Shown piece after piece: positions 10,211 through 22,418 of a stretch of DNA of 64,000 nt. The notes under the pieces are model-generated. The model was not told the origin of the DNA and did not search any database. It was given only the letters and a program-made list of their open reading frames with translations. The stretch is from assembly GCA_041750285.1 (NCBI GenBank), contig JBGSZS010000007.1:64001-128000 (forward strand). Reading direction: 5' to 3'. A program made the position numbers and the translations under genes. How positions within the stretch are numbered: the stretch's first letter is position 1; each line of letters starts with the position of its first letter. Source of the stretch: Candidatus Fermentibacteraceae bacterium (GTDB lineage: Bacteria; Fermentibacterota; Fermentibacteria; Fermentibacterales; JCC-6).

Positions 10211-10999
10211 TTGGGCAGCGAAGACGGTGTTTTCAGCGACAATCCACCCGGCCTCACCGAGCGGCTCGGTGCAGCCCGGGTGGGCATCGCGGGTTGCGGC
10301 GGAATAGGGAGCAATGTCGCCATTCTTCTTGCAAGGGCCGGGGTTGGAAACCTTGTCATCGTTGATTTTGACAGGGTCGAGACAAGGAATCTCAACCGGC
10401 AGCACTACTTCTCAGAGCATACCGGAATGCCCAAGGTCCTCGCCCTGAGTAGTCAGATCGCGGGCATTCGGGCTGGAACGCTCGTTGAGGCCATTGAGGC
10501 GAGGATAGACCAGGGGAACGCCGTGAGCATGTTCGAAGGGTGCCACCTTCTTGTCGAAGCCCTTGACCTCGACGAATCGAAGGAGATGCTTCTGAACACC
10601 TGGCTCGAGGGCATGCCGGGTACACCGGTCGTGGCCTGCAGCGGTCTGGCCGGAACGGGTGCCCCGGATTCGGTCAGAGTGGACCGCCTGGGTGGCGGCT
10701 TGACCATCGTGGGCGACGGGAGGTCCGATCTGGAACTTGGCACCCTGTCCGCCAGGGTGAGCCTCGTTGCATCAATGATGGCACTCGAAGCCGTCGGGCT
10801 GCTTTCGGGGGCCGGGTCTCCCTGTGAGTCATGCGTGTCGAAGTGTTCCAGCGGAGTGGAGCTTTGGTGCAACGGCGCCGGGGTACCCCTTTCCGGCTTC
10901 CCGGCCAGGGCTCTGGCGGGGGCTGTCAGGGGGCTTCTCTCCGCCTACAGGGGCGTTGATCCCTCGGGTGCGATCACCCTGAAGATCGGGCCTCACTGA
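10211..10999 (+). CDS. thiF: ThiF-family adenylyltransferase with C-terminal extension
   Basis: GCGGIGS, 'DFDRVE..NLNRQ'; TTG start after AAGGAG. Confidence 0.75.
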   Translation: MGSEDGVFSDNPPGLTERLGAARVGIAGCGGIGSNVAILLARAGVGNLVIVDFDRVETRNLNRQHYFSEHTGMPKVLALSSQIAGIRAGTLVEAIEARIDQGNAVSMFEGCHLLVEALDLDESKEMLLNTWLEGMPGTPVVACSGLAGTGAPDSVRVDRLGGGLTIVGDGRSDLELGTLSARVSLVASMMALEAVGLLSGAGSPCESCVSKCSSGVELWCNGAGVPLSGFPARALAGAVRGLLSAYRGVDPSGAITLKIGPH

Positions 11000-13662
11000 T
11001 CAAGGGGTTCCATGTCCTCCCCGATGCCGCCTGCCGAGAAGACGAACCAGTCACCCGTGAAGTACCTTGCAGCAGCTTCCCTGACCTGTGAAGTTGTCAG
11101 GGCGGTGGTCTGCCGCAGCCTTTGAATGTCATGGTCCAGCGGAAGCCCCATCGCCTCGGTGACCGCGAGGTAGCGGGCGAGGTCGCCGTAGGTGTCGTAC
11201 CCCAGGGCATGGGCGCTCACCGCCCTTGACTGCTCAAGCAGCAGCTCCATCTCCTCGACGCCATCCGAACCCATTCGCAGGCATTCGTTCACAGTGGACT
11301 GAAGGGCCCGGGTGTTCATCGAGGCTCCGGTTGCATACATGGCCATGAACCTCGCCGTCTCCCTGAGGCCGGAGGACATGGAGTTGGTCCCACCCCAGAC
11401 CGCGTAGGCCAGTCCCTGCTGCTCCCTGATGTAGCTTCCCAGCCTGGAGGAGATGCCCGACCCCAGTATCCTTGCCGCCATTGCGAAAGCCGGTTCATCC
11501 GGGGAATCCATGCCCGGGGCGGGGCACATCACCGCCGTTGCGGCCTGTATCCTTCCGGGCATCACGGCGACGAGGGTGTCTCCCGGAACCGTTCTGAACG
11601 AGTATTCCGCCAGTGGAGGTACCGGCACTGCAGGTTCCGTCCAGTCCGAGAAGTACAGCCCGGCCAGTTCAAGCGCCCTCTCCGGCGTGATGTCGCCCAC
11701 CACTGCTATCACGGTTTCAGAAGGTCTGACGCAGGCCCGGTGGAAGTCCCTGAGGTCATCGATGGAGATCCGTCCCAGGGTTTCCTCCGAAATGACGTAG
11801 GCCTCTCCCTCCCACTCCAGAACCAGGTCCGCTTCTGAGAAGACACGCCCCATGGGCTGTTCCCTGCCTGTTCGGATCCTCCCGATCATCCGTTCGCGTG
11901 CCGCAAGGAAATCATCCTCATCCATGGCCGGTCTTCTGAGAAGGTCGGAGGTGGAGAGGAAGAGCGTCTCCGCGAATTCACCGAGGCCGTACGTGTTGCC
12001 AAGCGCAAACGCATCGCCCGTACTGAGCCATGTTCCCGCACCAATCTCCTCGAGCCTTGTATGGAAAGCAAGACGGTCGAGGTCTTCCGTGCCACCCATC
12101 ATCGTCTCGGCGGTCAGCGCAGCGAGACCGGCCAAGCCTGGCATCGTTCGTCTTTCTCCCATCGGGAACGTGAACATTATCTCGACGATGGGGAACGTAT
12201 GGTCATCCCTCACCAGAAGCGTCACGCCGTTCTCGAGTGTGAAGCGCGACACTCCTTCGGATACCGACCTTTCCGGAACCTCGATGTCCGCCGGTGTAAC
12301 TGAAAGACCATCCCACTCCAGGTCCTCCGGAGGAACAAGCTCCCGGTGCGGGTCGGGATCGGCTGAAGCGGCGGGCGCTTCACCTCCCGGGGTCAGCACC
12401 GCCACCGCCATGTTTCCGGGGAAGAAGTACTTCTGAGCCGCGCTCCTCACATCCATGGGGGTGAGGGACTGTATCGCCTCGAGAAACCTGGAGTGGTGGA
12501 GCGGGTCTCCGGTCTGGTTCCAGTCGTACGCCCTGCGGTAGGCCACGCTCAGCGGATTGTCCTGGCTGAGGATCTCGGAGGCGGCGTACCGCTGTTTGAT
12601 TCCCTCCATCAGTTCCGTTTCGAGAAGCTCGGTGGAGAGCCGCTGAAGCTCGTTCAGCACCAGAAGCTCGACCGAATCGGCCGAAACCCCTTCCTGCAGG
12701 GTCACACTTATGGTGAAGGGATCGGGATCGACACCCCAGGGAGCGCTTGCCCACGCTCTGGAAGCCAGCCCGGTGAGCAACAGGTTGTTCTCGAACCAGG
12801 AGGTCCGGCCGCTGGTCAGATAGGCCGCGATGAAAGACAGGGGGACCATGTCGGGGTGGACCGTTTCGCACCCCTTGAACGCGATCATCAGCCGTGCTGC
12901 ATCGGCCGGAAACACCAGCTCATCACGTACGGGGCCTTCGAGGGGTGGGTCCTGCGGAAGGATGAGATCGGGGACAGCAACGCCGGGAATGGGTCCGAAG
13001 TACTGCTCGACAAGCTCGAGGGTGCGTTCGGTGTCTATGTCGCCGACGATCACAAGGACAGCGTTTCCGGGCTGGTACCAGGTGTCGTAGTATTCCTTCA
13101 CCGATGAGGCTGTGTAGGCGCTTATGGTCTCTTCCGTTCCGATGACCGGCCTCCGGTAGGGGTGGAGCGGGTGCATCGTTTCGGCCATCCTCCGCCACAG
13201 GGCGTTATCGGGGCTGTCCTCGTTCAGTCTCCATTCATCCAGGACGACGCCGATCTCCTCGGCGACCACCGCGGAATCCATGGGACAGTTTCGCATCCTG
13301 TCGCTCTCGATGGCGAGCGCCTCTTCAAGCCTGTCGGCTGGAAACTGGAGGAAGTAGGTGGTCTGGTCCTGTCTGGTTCCCCCGTTGGCCATGCCACCGT
13401 TCTTCTGGACGATCTTCCAGAACCGGGTGTCGGGCATGGACGGCGTGCCGTTGAAGAGCATGTGCTCGGTGAAGTGGCTGATGCCTGAGATGTCATCGGT
13501 CTCGTTCCTGGCACCCACCCTGTACTGCACCAGAACGACAACCGAGCGGGTGTAGCCCATCTCCTCGGTTATCACCACCAGCCCGTTGTCGAGCGTTGTG
13601 ACTTCGGGCGCGGCGGCCGCTGCCGCGACCAGGGCAAAAAACAGAACTGCCGTGATTTTCAT
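10993..13662 (-). CDS. M16 (pitrilysin-like) zinc peptidase, two-domain, secreted
   Basis: HFTEH (HxxEH) in N-terminal half, degenerate second half; signal peptide. Confidence 0.92.
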   Translation of the reverse strand: MKITAVLFFALVAAAAAAPEVTTLDNGLVVITEEMGYTRSVVVLVQYRVGARNETDDISGISHFTEHMLFNGTPSMPDTRFWKIVQKNGGMANGGTRQDQTTYFLQFPADRLEEALAIESDRMRNCPMDSAVVAEEIGVVLDEWRLNEDSPDNALWRRMAETMHPLHPYRRPVIGTEETISAYTASSVKEYYDTWYQPGNAVLVIVGDIDTERTLELVEQYFGPIPGVAVPDLILPQDPPLEGPVRDELVFPADAARLMIAFKGCETVHPDMVPLSFIAAYLTSGRTSWFENNLLLTGLASRAWASAPWGVDPDPFTISVTLQEGVSADSVELLVLNELQRLSTELLETELMEGIKQRYAASEILSQDNPLSVAYRRAYDWNQTGDPLHHSRFLEAIQSLTPMDVRSAAQKYFFPGNMAVAVLTPGGEAPAASADPDPHRELVPPEDLEWDGLSVTPADIEVPERSVSEGVSRFTLENGVTLLVRDDHTFPIVEIMFTFPMGERRTMPGLAGLAALTAETMMGGTEDLDRLAFHTRLEEIGAGTWLSTGDAFALGNTYGLGEFAETLFLSTSDLLRRPAMDEDDFLAARERMIGRIRTGREQPMGRVFSEADLVLEWEGEAYVISEETLGRISIDDLRDFHRACVRPSETVIAVVGDITPERALELAGLYFSDWTEPAVPVPPLAEYSFRTVPGDTLVAVMPGRIQAATAVMCPAPGMDSPDEPAFAMAARILGSGISSRLGSYIREQQGLAYAVWGGTNSMSSGLRETARFMAMYATGASMNTRALQSTVNECLRMGSDGVEEMELLLEQSRAVSAHALGYDTYGDLARYLAVTEAMGLPLDHDIQRLRQTTALTTSQVREAAARYFTGDWFVFSAGGIGEDMEPLDQ

Positions 13663-13731
13663 GCCTTGCTTTCCTTTTCATTTGAGAATGCCTGTTTATG
13701 CTGCACGGGAATATAGCATCCAGTTGTGTGA

Positions 13732-16852
<3,121 letters not shown>

Positions 16853-16856
<4 letters not shown>

Positions 16857-18394
16857 TCCCCGGCGGTGTGGCCATACTCGATTTCGGCAGCCAGTATTCA
16901 CAACTGATAGCCAGACGGGTGAGGGAGCAGGGAGTCTACTGCGAACTCCTACCCGGTGATGCCGACTGGAACAGGGTGCTTCGCATGGAACCCGGTGCGG
17001 TGATACTTTCGGGAAGTCCGTTCAGCGTCTACGCTCCGGGTTCCCCGCACCCGGCTCCCGAGGTTTTCGAAACGGGATTGCCCGTTCTCGGGATCTGCTA
17101 CGGCATGCAGCTTCTGGCCCATCACACGGGGGGGAGGGTCGAAGGCGGGCATCACCGTGAATTCGGTCCGGCTGAAGTATCGCCTGCGGAAGGAAGCCTT
17201 CTTCTCCGGGGGCTCGACAGCGGGCTCACGGCATGGATGAGCCACGGCGACCGGGTAACCGGGCTCCCACCGGGCTACATGGTCGCGGCCTCGACCCAGT
17301 TGCTTCCCATCGCGGCCATGGAAAATGCCGGCGCGAAAAGGTACGGCGTTCAGTTCCACCCCGAGGTGAATCACACAGTCTTCGGTGTTGCGTTCCTGAG
17401 GAATTTCCTCTTCGATCTGGCCGGTCTTTCGCCGAACTGGAACATGAAGGCTTACGCAGTGGAAGCCGCTGAAGCCGTCCGCAGGGAACTCGGAGAGCAG
17501 GGACACGTGATCCTCGGCCTTTCGGGGGGCGTTGACAGCTCCGTGGTGGCTGCCCTTCTGCACCGTGCGGTGCCAGGCAGGTTCACCCCCATCTTCGTCG
17601 ACAACGGTCTGCTCCGGCAGGGTGAGCGGGAACAGGTCGAGGCCACGTTCCGCGACCACTTCCGTATGCCCCTGGTGGTGATCGATGGAACGGATGCCTT
17701 TCTTGACCGGCTCGCCGGGGTTTCCGACCCGGAAAGCAAGCGCAAGATCATCGGCAGGGTGTTCATCGAGCTGTTCGAGAAGGCTGCAGCGGGGATACAC
17801 GGCGCCACGCACCTTGCCCAGGGCACCCTCTACCCCGATGTGATTGAAAGCGTGAGTTTCAGGGGGCCTTCGGCCACCATAAAGAGCCATCACAACGTCG
17901 GGGGACTTCCGGAGAAAATGCACCTGAGGCTTCTCGAGCCCCTTCGCGAGCTTTTCAAGGATGAGGTGCGCGAACTCGGAAGGGAGCTGGGGCTTCCCGG
18001 CACCATGGTCGACCGCCATCCCTTCCCCGGTCCGGGCCTTGCTGTGAGGATATTGGGTCCCGTTAACAGGGAAGACCTCGACCTCCTTCGGAGGGTTGAT
18101 GCGGTCTTCATCCAGTACCTTCGCGAAAACAGGCTCTACGAGCGGATCTGGCAGGCGTTCGCGGTACTCCTTCCCATACGCACCGTCGGGGTCATGGGCG
18201 ATGAGCGCACCTACCACAGGGTCGCCGCCCTCAGGGCCGTCACCAGCACCGACGGCATGACCGCGGACTGGTACAGGATGGATCCCGATCACATGGCCAG
18301 GCTTTCGAGTGAGATCGTCAACAGGATTCCCGGCGTCAGCCGGGTTGTCTACGACATCTCTTCCAAGCCTCCGGCCACGATAGAGTGGGAATGA
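16853..18394 (+). CDS. guaA: GMP synthase (glutamine-hydrolysing)
   Basis: LDFGSQY, GICYGMQ, SGGVDS, KPPATIEWE. Confidence 0.98.
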
Positions 18395-19086
18395 CCGGAA
18401 CCCTGGTCAACACCGGCGCAGTGATAGTTGGCGGCACGCTGGGAAGCCTTCTTGGAGCCAGGTTTCCCGCAGGCGTACAACGTACGGTGATGCAGGTCAT
18501 CGGGATATTCACACTGGCCATGGGTGTGAGGATGTTCCTGGAAGCCGGGAACGTTCTCGTTGTACTGGGCGCCCTGATCGCCGGGGGGATATCGGGCGAA
18601 CTCCTGGGGATCGAAGCGCGTCTCGAGTCGCTGGGCGAGAGGCTTAAGAAGGGCTGTGTCCGCGTTCCGTTCCTGTCCAGGGGTGACTTCACCCGGGGGT
18701 TCGTGACCGCCGGGCTGGTGTTCTGCGTGGGTCCCATGACCGTTGTCGGATCGATGCAGGACGGCCTGCGGGGTGACCCGTCGCTTCTCGTCGTGAAAAG
18801 CGTCCTTGACCTTTTCGCGGGCATGGCCTTCGCGGCGGGGATGGGCATGGGGGTGACCTTTGCCGCCCTGATAGTGCTTCTGGTGCAGGGGGGGCTCACA
18901 CTGGGGGCGGAAACCCTCGCCGGGGTGCTCAGCGACTCCATGATTGCGGACATGACGGCGACGGGGGGTGTGATACTCCTCGGGCTGGGTCTTCTGCTTC
19001 TCGACCTGGCAAAGGTAAGGGCGGCGAACATGCTTCCCGGCCTCCTGTTCGCTCCGGCCCTTTCGGCACTTGCCGCCGCGCTCTGA
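18391..19086 (+). CDS. DUF554 family membrane protein
   Basis: 'GTLVN', 'FCVGPMTVVGS.QDGL.GD', 'KSVLD'. Confidence 0.9.
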   Translation: MTGTLVNTGAVIVGGTLGSLLGARFPAGVQRTVMQVIGIFTLAMGVRMFLEAGNVLVVLGALIAGGISGELLGIEARLESLGERLKKGCVRVPFLSRGDFTRGFVTAGLVFCVGPMTVVGSMQDGLRGDPSLLVVKSVLDLFAGMAFAAGMGMGVTFAALIVLLVQGGLTLGAETLAGVLSDSMIADMTATGGVILLGLGLLLLDLAKVRAANMLPGLLFAPALSALAAAL

Positions 19087-19131
19087 AATCCGGATACTAA
19101 CGTATCTGACATCACGAAAGGGAAGTGTGGG

Positions 19132-19788
19132 ATGAAAACTCGCAGATTCGTGGCCATTGTTTTCGCAGCAGCCCTTTTTCTTGCATGCGGGGACGATCCG
19201 TTCAACCCCGGGCAGAACGACGACTCACTGTTCTATCCGCTTGCCGTCGGCAACACCTGGAGCTACGTCAGGTTCGGCACCTACAACATCGATTCCCTGA
19301 GCTACACCATAGTGGGAAGCTCCACGGTGAGCATCACAGGCACTGCCGAACACTCCGGGGGGTTTCAGGTCTTCGTGGAGGAGACCATGGTCAGTGACAC
19401 CATCCAGGGTCTCATGGTGGTTGAAACCGCAGACACGAGCTACGTAAGGGTGACATCGGCCGGATTCTTCGGATACCCCGGTCTTTCATCGACCGACTCC
19501 AGCTGGACCGTTCCCTTCCCACTCATCGCCGGCATGGTCTGGGCTTTCCAGACCGAGCCCCCGGTGACAGGCGAGATACTCAGCCTTACCGCAGACGTGT
19601 CGGTTCCCGCTGGAAACTTCTCGGACTGTCTTGAGATGAGAACCACCTGGATCGAGGGCGGCAATGTTGTCAACACTGCCGATTTCGCCCCGAACGTGGG
19701 CATGGTGAGGAACGTCTACTCACAGGGAGCCGGTCAGTTCACCACGGAAGTCACGTCCAGGCTCACCTCCTACGATCTGACCGAATAG
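19132..19788 (+). CDS. Hypothetical lipoprotein
   Basis: Lipobox LFLAC; 'YPLAVGNTWSY', 'VSVPAG.F', 'FAPNVG'. Confidence 0.75.
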   Translation: MKTRRFVAIVFAAALFLACGDDPFNPGQNDDSLFYPLAVGNTWSYVRFGTYNIDSLSYTIVGSSTVSITGTAEHSGGFQVFVEETMVSDTIQGLMVVETADTSYVRVTSAGFFGYPGLSSTDSSWTVPFPLIAGMVWAFQTEPPVTGEILSLTADVSVPAGNFSDCLEMRTTWIEGGNVVNTADFAPNVGMVRNVYSQGAGQFTTEVTSRLTSYDLTE

Positions 19789-19807
19789 TCCGGGGGCGGG
19801 GGTCAGG

Positions 19808-20770
19808 ATGATCCGCAGGGCGAAGAGGTTCCTTCCGGACGGGGACTACATCGGAATCCTCCTGGGTGCGGTGTTGTTCGGTATCGCCTACTCATGGTTT
19901 CTGATGCCTTTCCGGATCTCTCCCGGCGGTGTGGCGGGGCTTGCCCAGATCCTCTACCACTACACGGGAGTGCAGGAGAGCCTGTGGATGTTCGGGTTCA
20001 ACATCCCCCTTTTCTTCCTGGGCTATTTCATGGTCGGCAGGCAGTTCGGCGTAAGGAGCTTCGCCGGGATGATGCTGTCGAACGGAGCCTGCTGGCTTTT
20101 CTCGCCGGTCAGGCTATCGTTCATTCCCGGCTTTCAGGCGTTCGTTCACAACATCGCCCCTGCAGGCGAGCTTCCCAGGTTCGCCGTGCTTTTCACCGGT
20201 GGAAGCGAGATGGATGTCCTGCTCGCCTCCGTGGCGGGCTCGTCCCTTCTCGGGATAGCGTTGGGGCTCATCTTCCGTTTCAGGGGTTCCACGGGGGGTA
20301 CCGACATCCCCGTGGCCATGCTGAAGAAGTACGCCGGCGTCACCATCTCGACGGGTTACTGGATGGTGGAGAGCGTGATCATCCTTCTGGTGGGCATTGT
20401 GTTCGGCGATGCCAGGCTTGTGATCTGGGCCTACCTCAACCTCTTTCTGACAACGAAGATGACCGACCTTGCCGCCGAGGGAATGCCCTTCGTGAAGGCG
20501 GTTTTCATAATCAGTGACAATTCCGGAGCGATAAGGGATGCCATCTTCGAACACCTGGACAGGGGCGTGACGTTCCTGAAGGGGCAGGGCGGCTACGAAA
20601 GGCGCGACAGGGACGTGATCTATGTCTGCGTTCACAGAAGGCAGGTGATGATACTTCAGAAACTGGTGAAGGACATCGACCCGGATGCCTTCATGGTCCT
20701 GCACGACGCATACGATGTCATGGGTTACGGGTTCAGGAAGAGAACCATAGACTACTCCGATGCTGATTGA
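19808..20770 (+). CDS. YitT family membrane protein (DUF2179 C-terminus)
   Basis: GGVAGLA, GSTGGTD, 'RGVT...G.GGY', 'IDPDAF'. Confidence 0.92.
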   Translation: MIRRAKRFLPDGDYIGILLGAVLFGIAYSWFLMPFRISPGGVAGLAQILYHYTGVQESLWMFGFNIPLFFLGYFMVGRQFGVRSFAGMMLSNGACWLFSPVRLSFIPGFQAFVHNIAPAGELPRFAVLFTGGSEMDVLLASVAGSSLLGIALGLIFRFRGSTGGTDIPVAMLKKYAGVTISTGYWMVESVIILLVGIVFGDARLVIWAYLNLFLTTKMTDLAAEGMPFVKAVFIISDNSGAIRDAIFEHLDRGVTFLKGQGGYERRDRDVIYVCVHRRQVMILQKLVKDIDPDAFMVLHDAYDVMGYGFRKRTIDYSDAD

Positions 20771-21497
20771 CACGCACTGCCACCTTCTGGATGAGCCTCT
20801 GAAGGACGACGTCGACGGTGCTGTCAAGAGGGCGGCCGACCGGATGGTGGAATGCCTCGTCGTTCCCACGGTCTGCCGTGCGGACTGGGAAGGGCTGAAA
20901 GCGCTGGAGAACAGGAAGGGAATCATCACGGCCTTTGGCATTCACCCCTGGAAGGCTTCCGAGGGCGTTGAAGAGGCTCTTCTGGAGGAAGCTCTCAATG
21001 GTGCGTCGGCCGTTGGGGAGATCGGTCTGGACTGGAAGGTTAGTATCCCCCGGTCCGTTCAGCTGGACTGCCTCGAAACCCAGCTCAGACTGGCCGGCCG
21101 GCTCAGGCTTCCGGTCCTTCTTCACTGCAGGGGAGCCTTCAGCGAGCTGCTTGAGCTGCTCTCCTTCATCCCCCCCAATGGCGGCGTACTTCACGGCTAC
21201 AGCCGGAGCCCCGAACAGATGCGCCCCTTTCTTGACATGGGATTCTGCATCGGTTTCGGCGGGGCCGTGACAAGAAGCGGTGCCCGCAATGCACGGGCAA
21301 GCGCTGCCGCGGTTCCCGACGGCCGGTTCGTCCTCGAAACGGACTCCCCCTGGATGGGAGTCGAGGGCGGCCCATCAGAGCCTTCGTCATTGCCCCTTGT
21401 TGCCTCTGCCATGGCTGCCCTCAGGGGTGTAACGCCTTCCCTGATCGCGGCGGACACCACGTCAACCGCTTTGAGGGTTCTCGGGCGGACAACGTGA
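20760..21497 (+). CDS. tatD: TatD family nuclease
   Basis: DTHCH, GIHPW, GEIGLD, ETDSP. Confidence 0.92.
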   Translation: MLIDTHCHLLDEPLKDDVDGAVKRAADRMVECLVVPTVCRADWEGLKALENRKGIITAFGIHPWKASEGVEEALLEEALNGASAVGEIGLDWKVSIPRSVQLDCLETQLRLAGRLRLPVLLHCRGAFSELLELLSFIPPNGGVLHGYSRSPEQMRPFLDMGFCIGFGGAVTRSGARNARASAAAVPDGRFVLETDSPWMGVEGGPSEPSSLPLVASAMAALRGVTPSLIAADTTSTALRVLGRTT

Positions 21498-22267
21498 GCA
21501 GACGCTTCGACAGGGTGGTGGATTTCTTCGGTGAAGCCGGATTTGCGAGCATAAGGCAGGCAAGTGTTCTGGTGGCAGGCCTTGGGGGTGTCGGAAGCCA
21601 TTGCGCTTCGGCCCTTTGCCGAACGGGCATCGGGGAGGTGTTCCTTTGCGACTTCGACCCGGTTACCGAGACGGGCCTGAACCGGAGCGCCCTCTTCGGC
21701 CCTTCGGATGTGGGGCTGAACAAGGCCGAAGCGGCGGCTGCGATCCTTTTGAAAGCATGTCCCGACACACAGGTCCGTCACAGAAACGTTTTCATACATG
21801 AAGACACCCTGCCTGAACTTCTGCCCATGGGATGCGGTTTCCTCGTCGCCGACGCCATAGACAGCATGAACCCCAAGGCCGCGCTGATCTCCAGGTGCCT
21901 TGCGGCGGGCCTGCCCGTATTCAGCAGCATGGGAGCCTCGGGAAGAAGGGACCCTTCGCTGGTGAGGGTGGGAAACCTCTGGGAGGCCAGGGGATGCCCA
22001 CTGGCCAGACAGCTCCGCCGATATCTCCGCAAAAGATCCGTCACCGGACCGGTTGCCTGCGTCTACTCGATCGAGACGCCCGTGAAGCCCATGCCACCGG
22101 ATACATTGGACATCTCGTGCAACAGGGGCAGGGTCAGGAACACTCTGCCCAGCCTTATGACCATGCCTGGTGTATTCGGATACGCCCTTGCCCAGATGGT
22201 TCTGGACCGGATAGTCGGGCACGGTGGCGGGAACGTGTGGGAATCGAACCCACCCAGGATGGTTTGA
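21494..22267 (+). CDS. tcdA: tRNA threonylcarbamoyladenosine dehydratase (ThiF family)
   Basis: GLGGVGS, DAID, SSMGA, 'CPLAR..R'; 3' end overlaps tRNA-Sec on the opposite strand. Confidence 0.85.
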   Translation: MSRRFDRVVDFFGEAGFASIRQASVLVAGLGGVGSHCASALCRTGIGEVFLCDFDPVTETGLNRSALFGPSDVGLNKAEAAAAILLKACPDTQVRHRNVFIHEDTLPELLPMGCGFLVADAIDSMNPKAALISRCLAAGLPVFSSMGASGRRDPSLVRVGNLWEARGCPLARQLRRYLRKRSVTGPVACVYSIETPVKPMPPDTLDISCNRGRVRNTLPSLMTMPGVFGYALAQMVLDRIVGHGGGNVWESNPPRMV

Positions 22268-22321
22268 GCACCCGACGCCGGATTTGAAGTCCGGGAGGGA
22301 CACCAGTCCCCTTCCGCTCCC
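22225..22321 (-). tRNA. selC: tRNA-Sec (anticodon UCA)
   Basis: Reverse complement GGGAGCGGAAGGGGACTGGTGTCCCTCCCGGACTTCAAATCCGG...GTGGGTTCGATTCCCACACGTTCCCGCCA: 6-bp D stem with 4-nt loop, CTTCAAA anticodon loop, long variable arm, GCCA end, 97 nt. Confidence 0.96.
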
Positions 22322-22418
22322 GCGTGGGGGTAAACTTCGCAAGAGGGCGGCGATTGTCAAGACCGCGTTTGCGTATTATCGTCCCTTTATTGAAAGCTTG
22401 AGCGGGGGGGTTTGCAGG

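Noticed and set aside
16949..18292. Long antisense ORFs (e.g. 447 aa opposite guaA, 446 aa opposite C25, 377 aa opposite pyrG)
   Set aside because: These are shadow ORFs from high-GC codon bias with no recognisable motifs.
22224..22418. N-terminal extension of the 938-aa ORF
   Set aside because: It runs antisense over tRNA-Sec; ATG 22419 is the plausible start.
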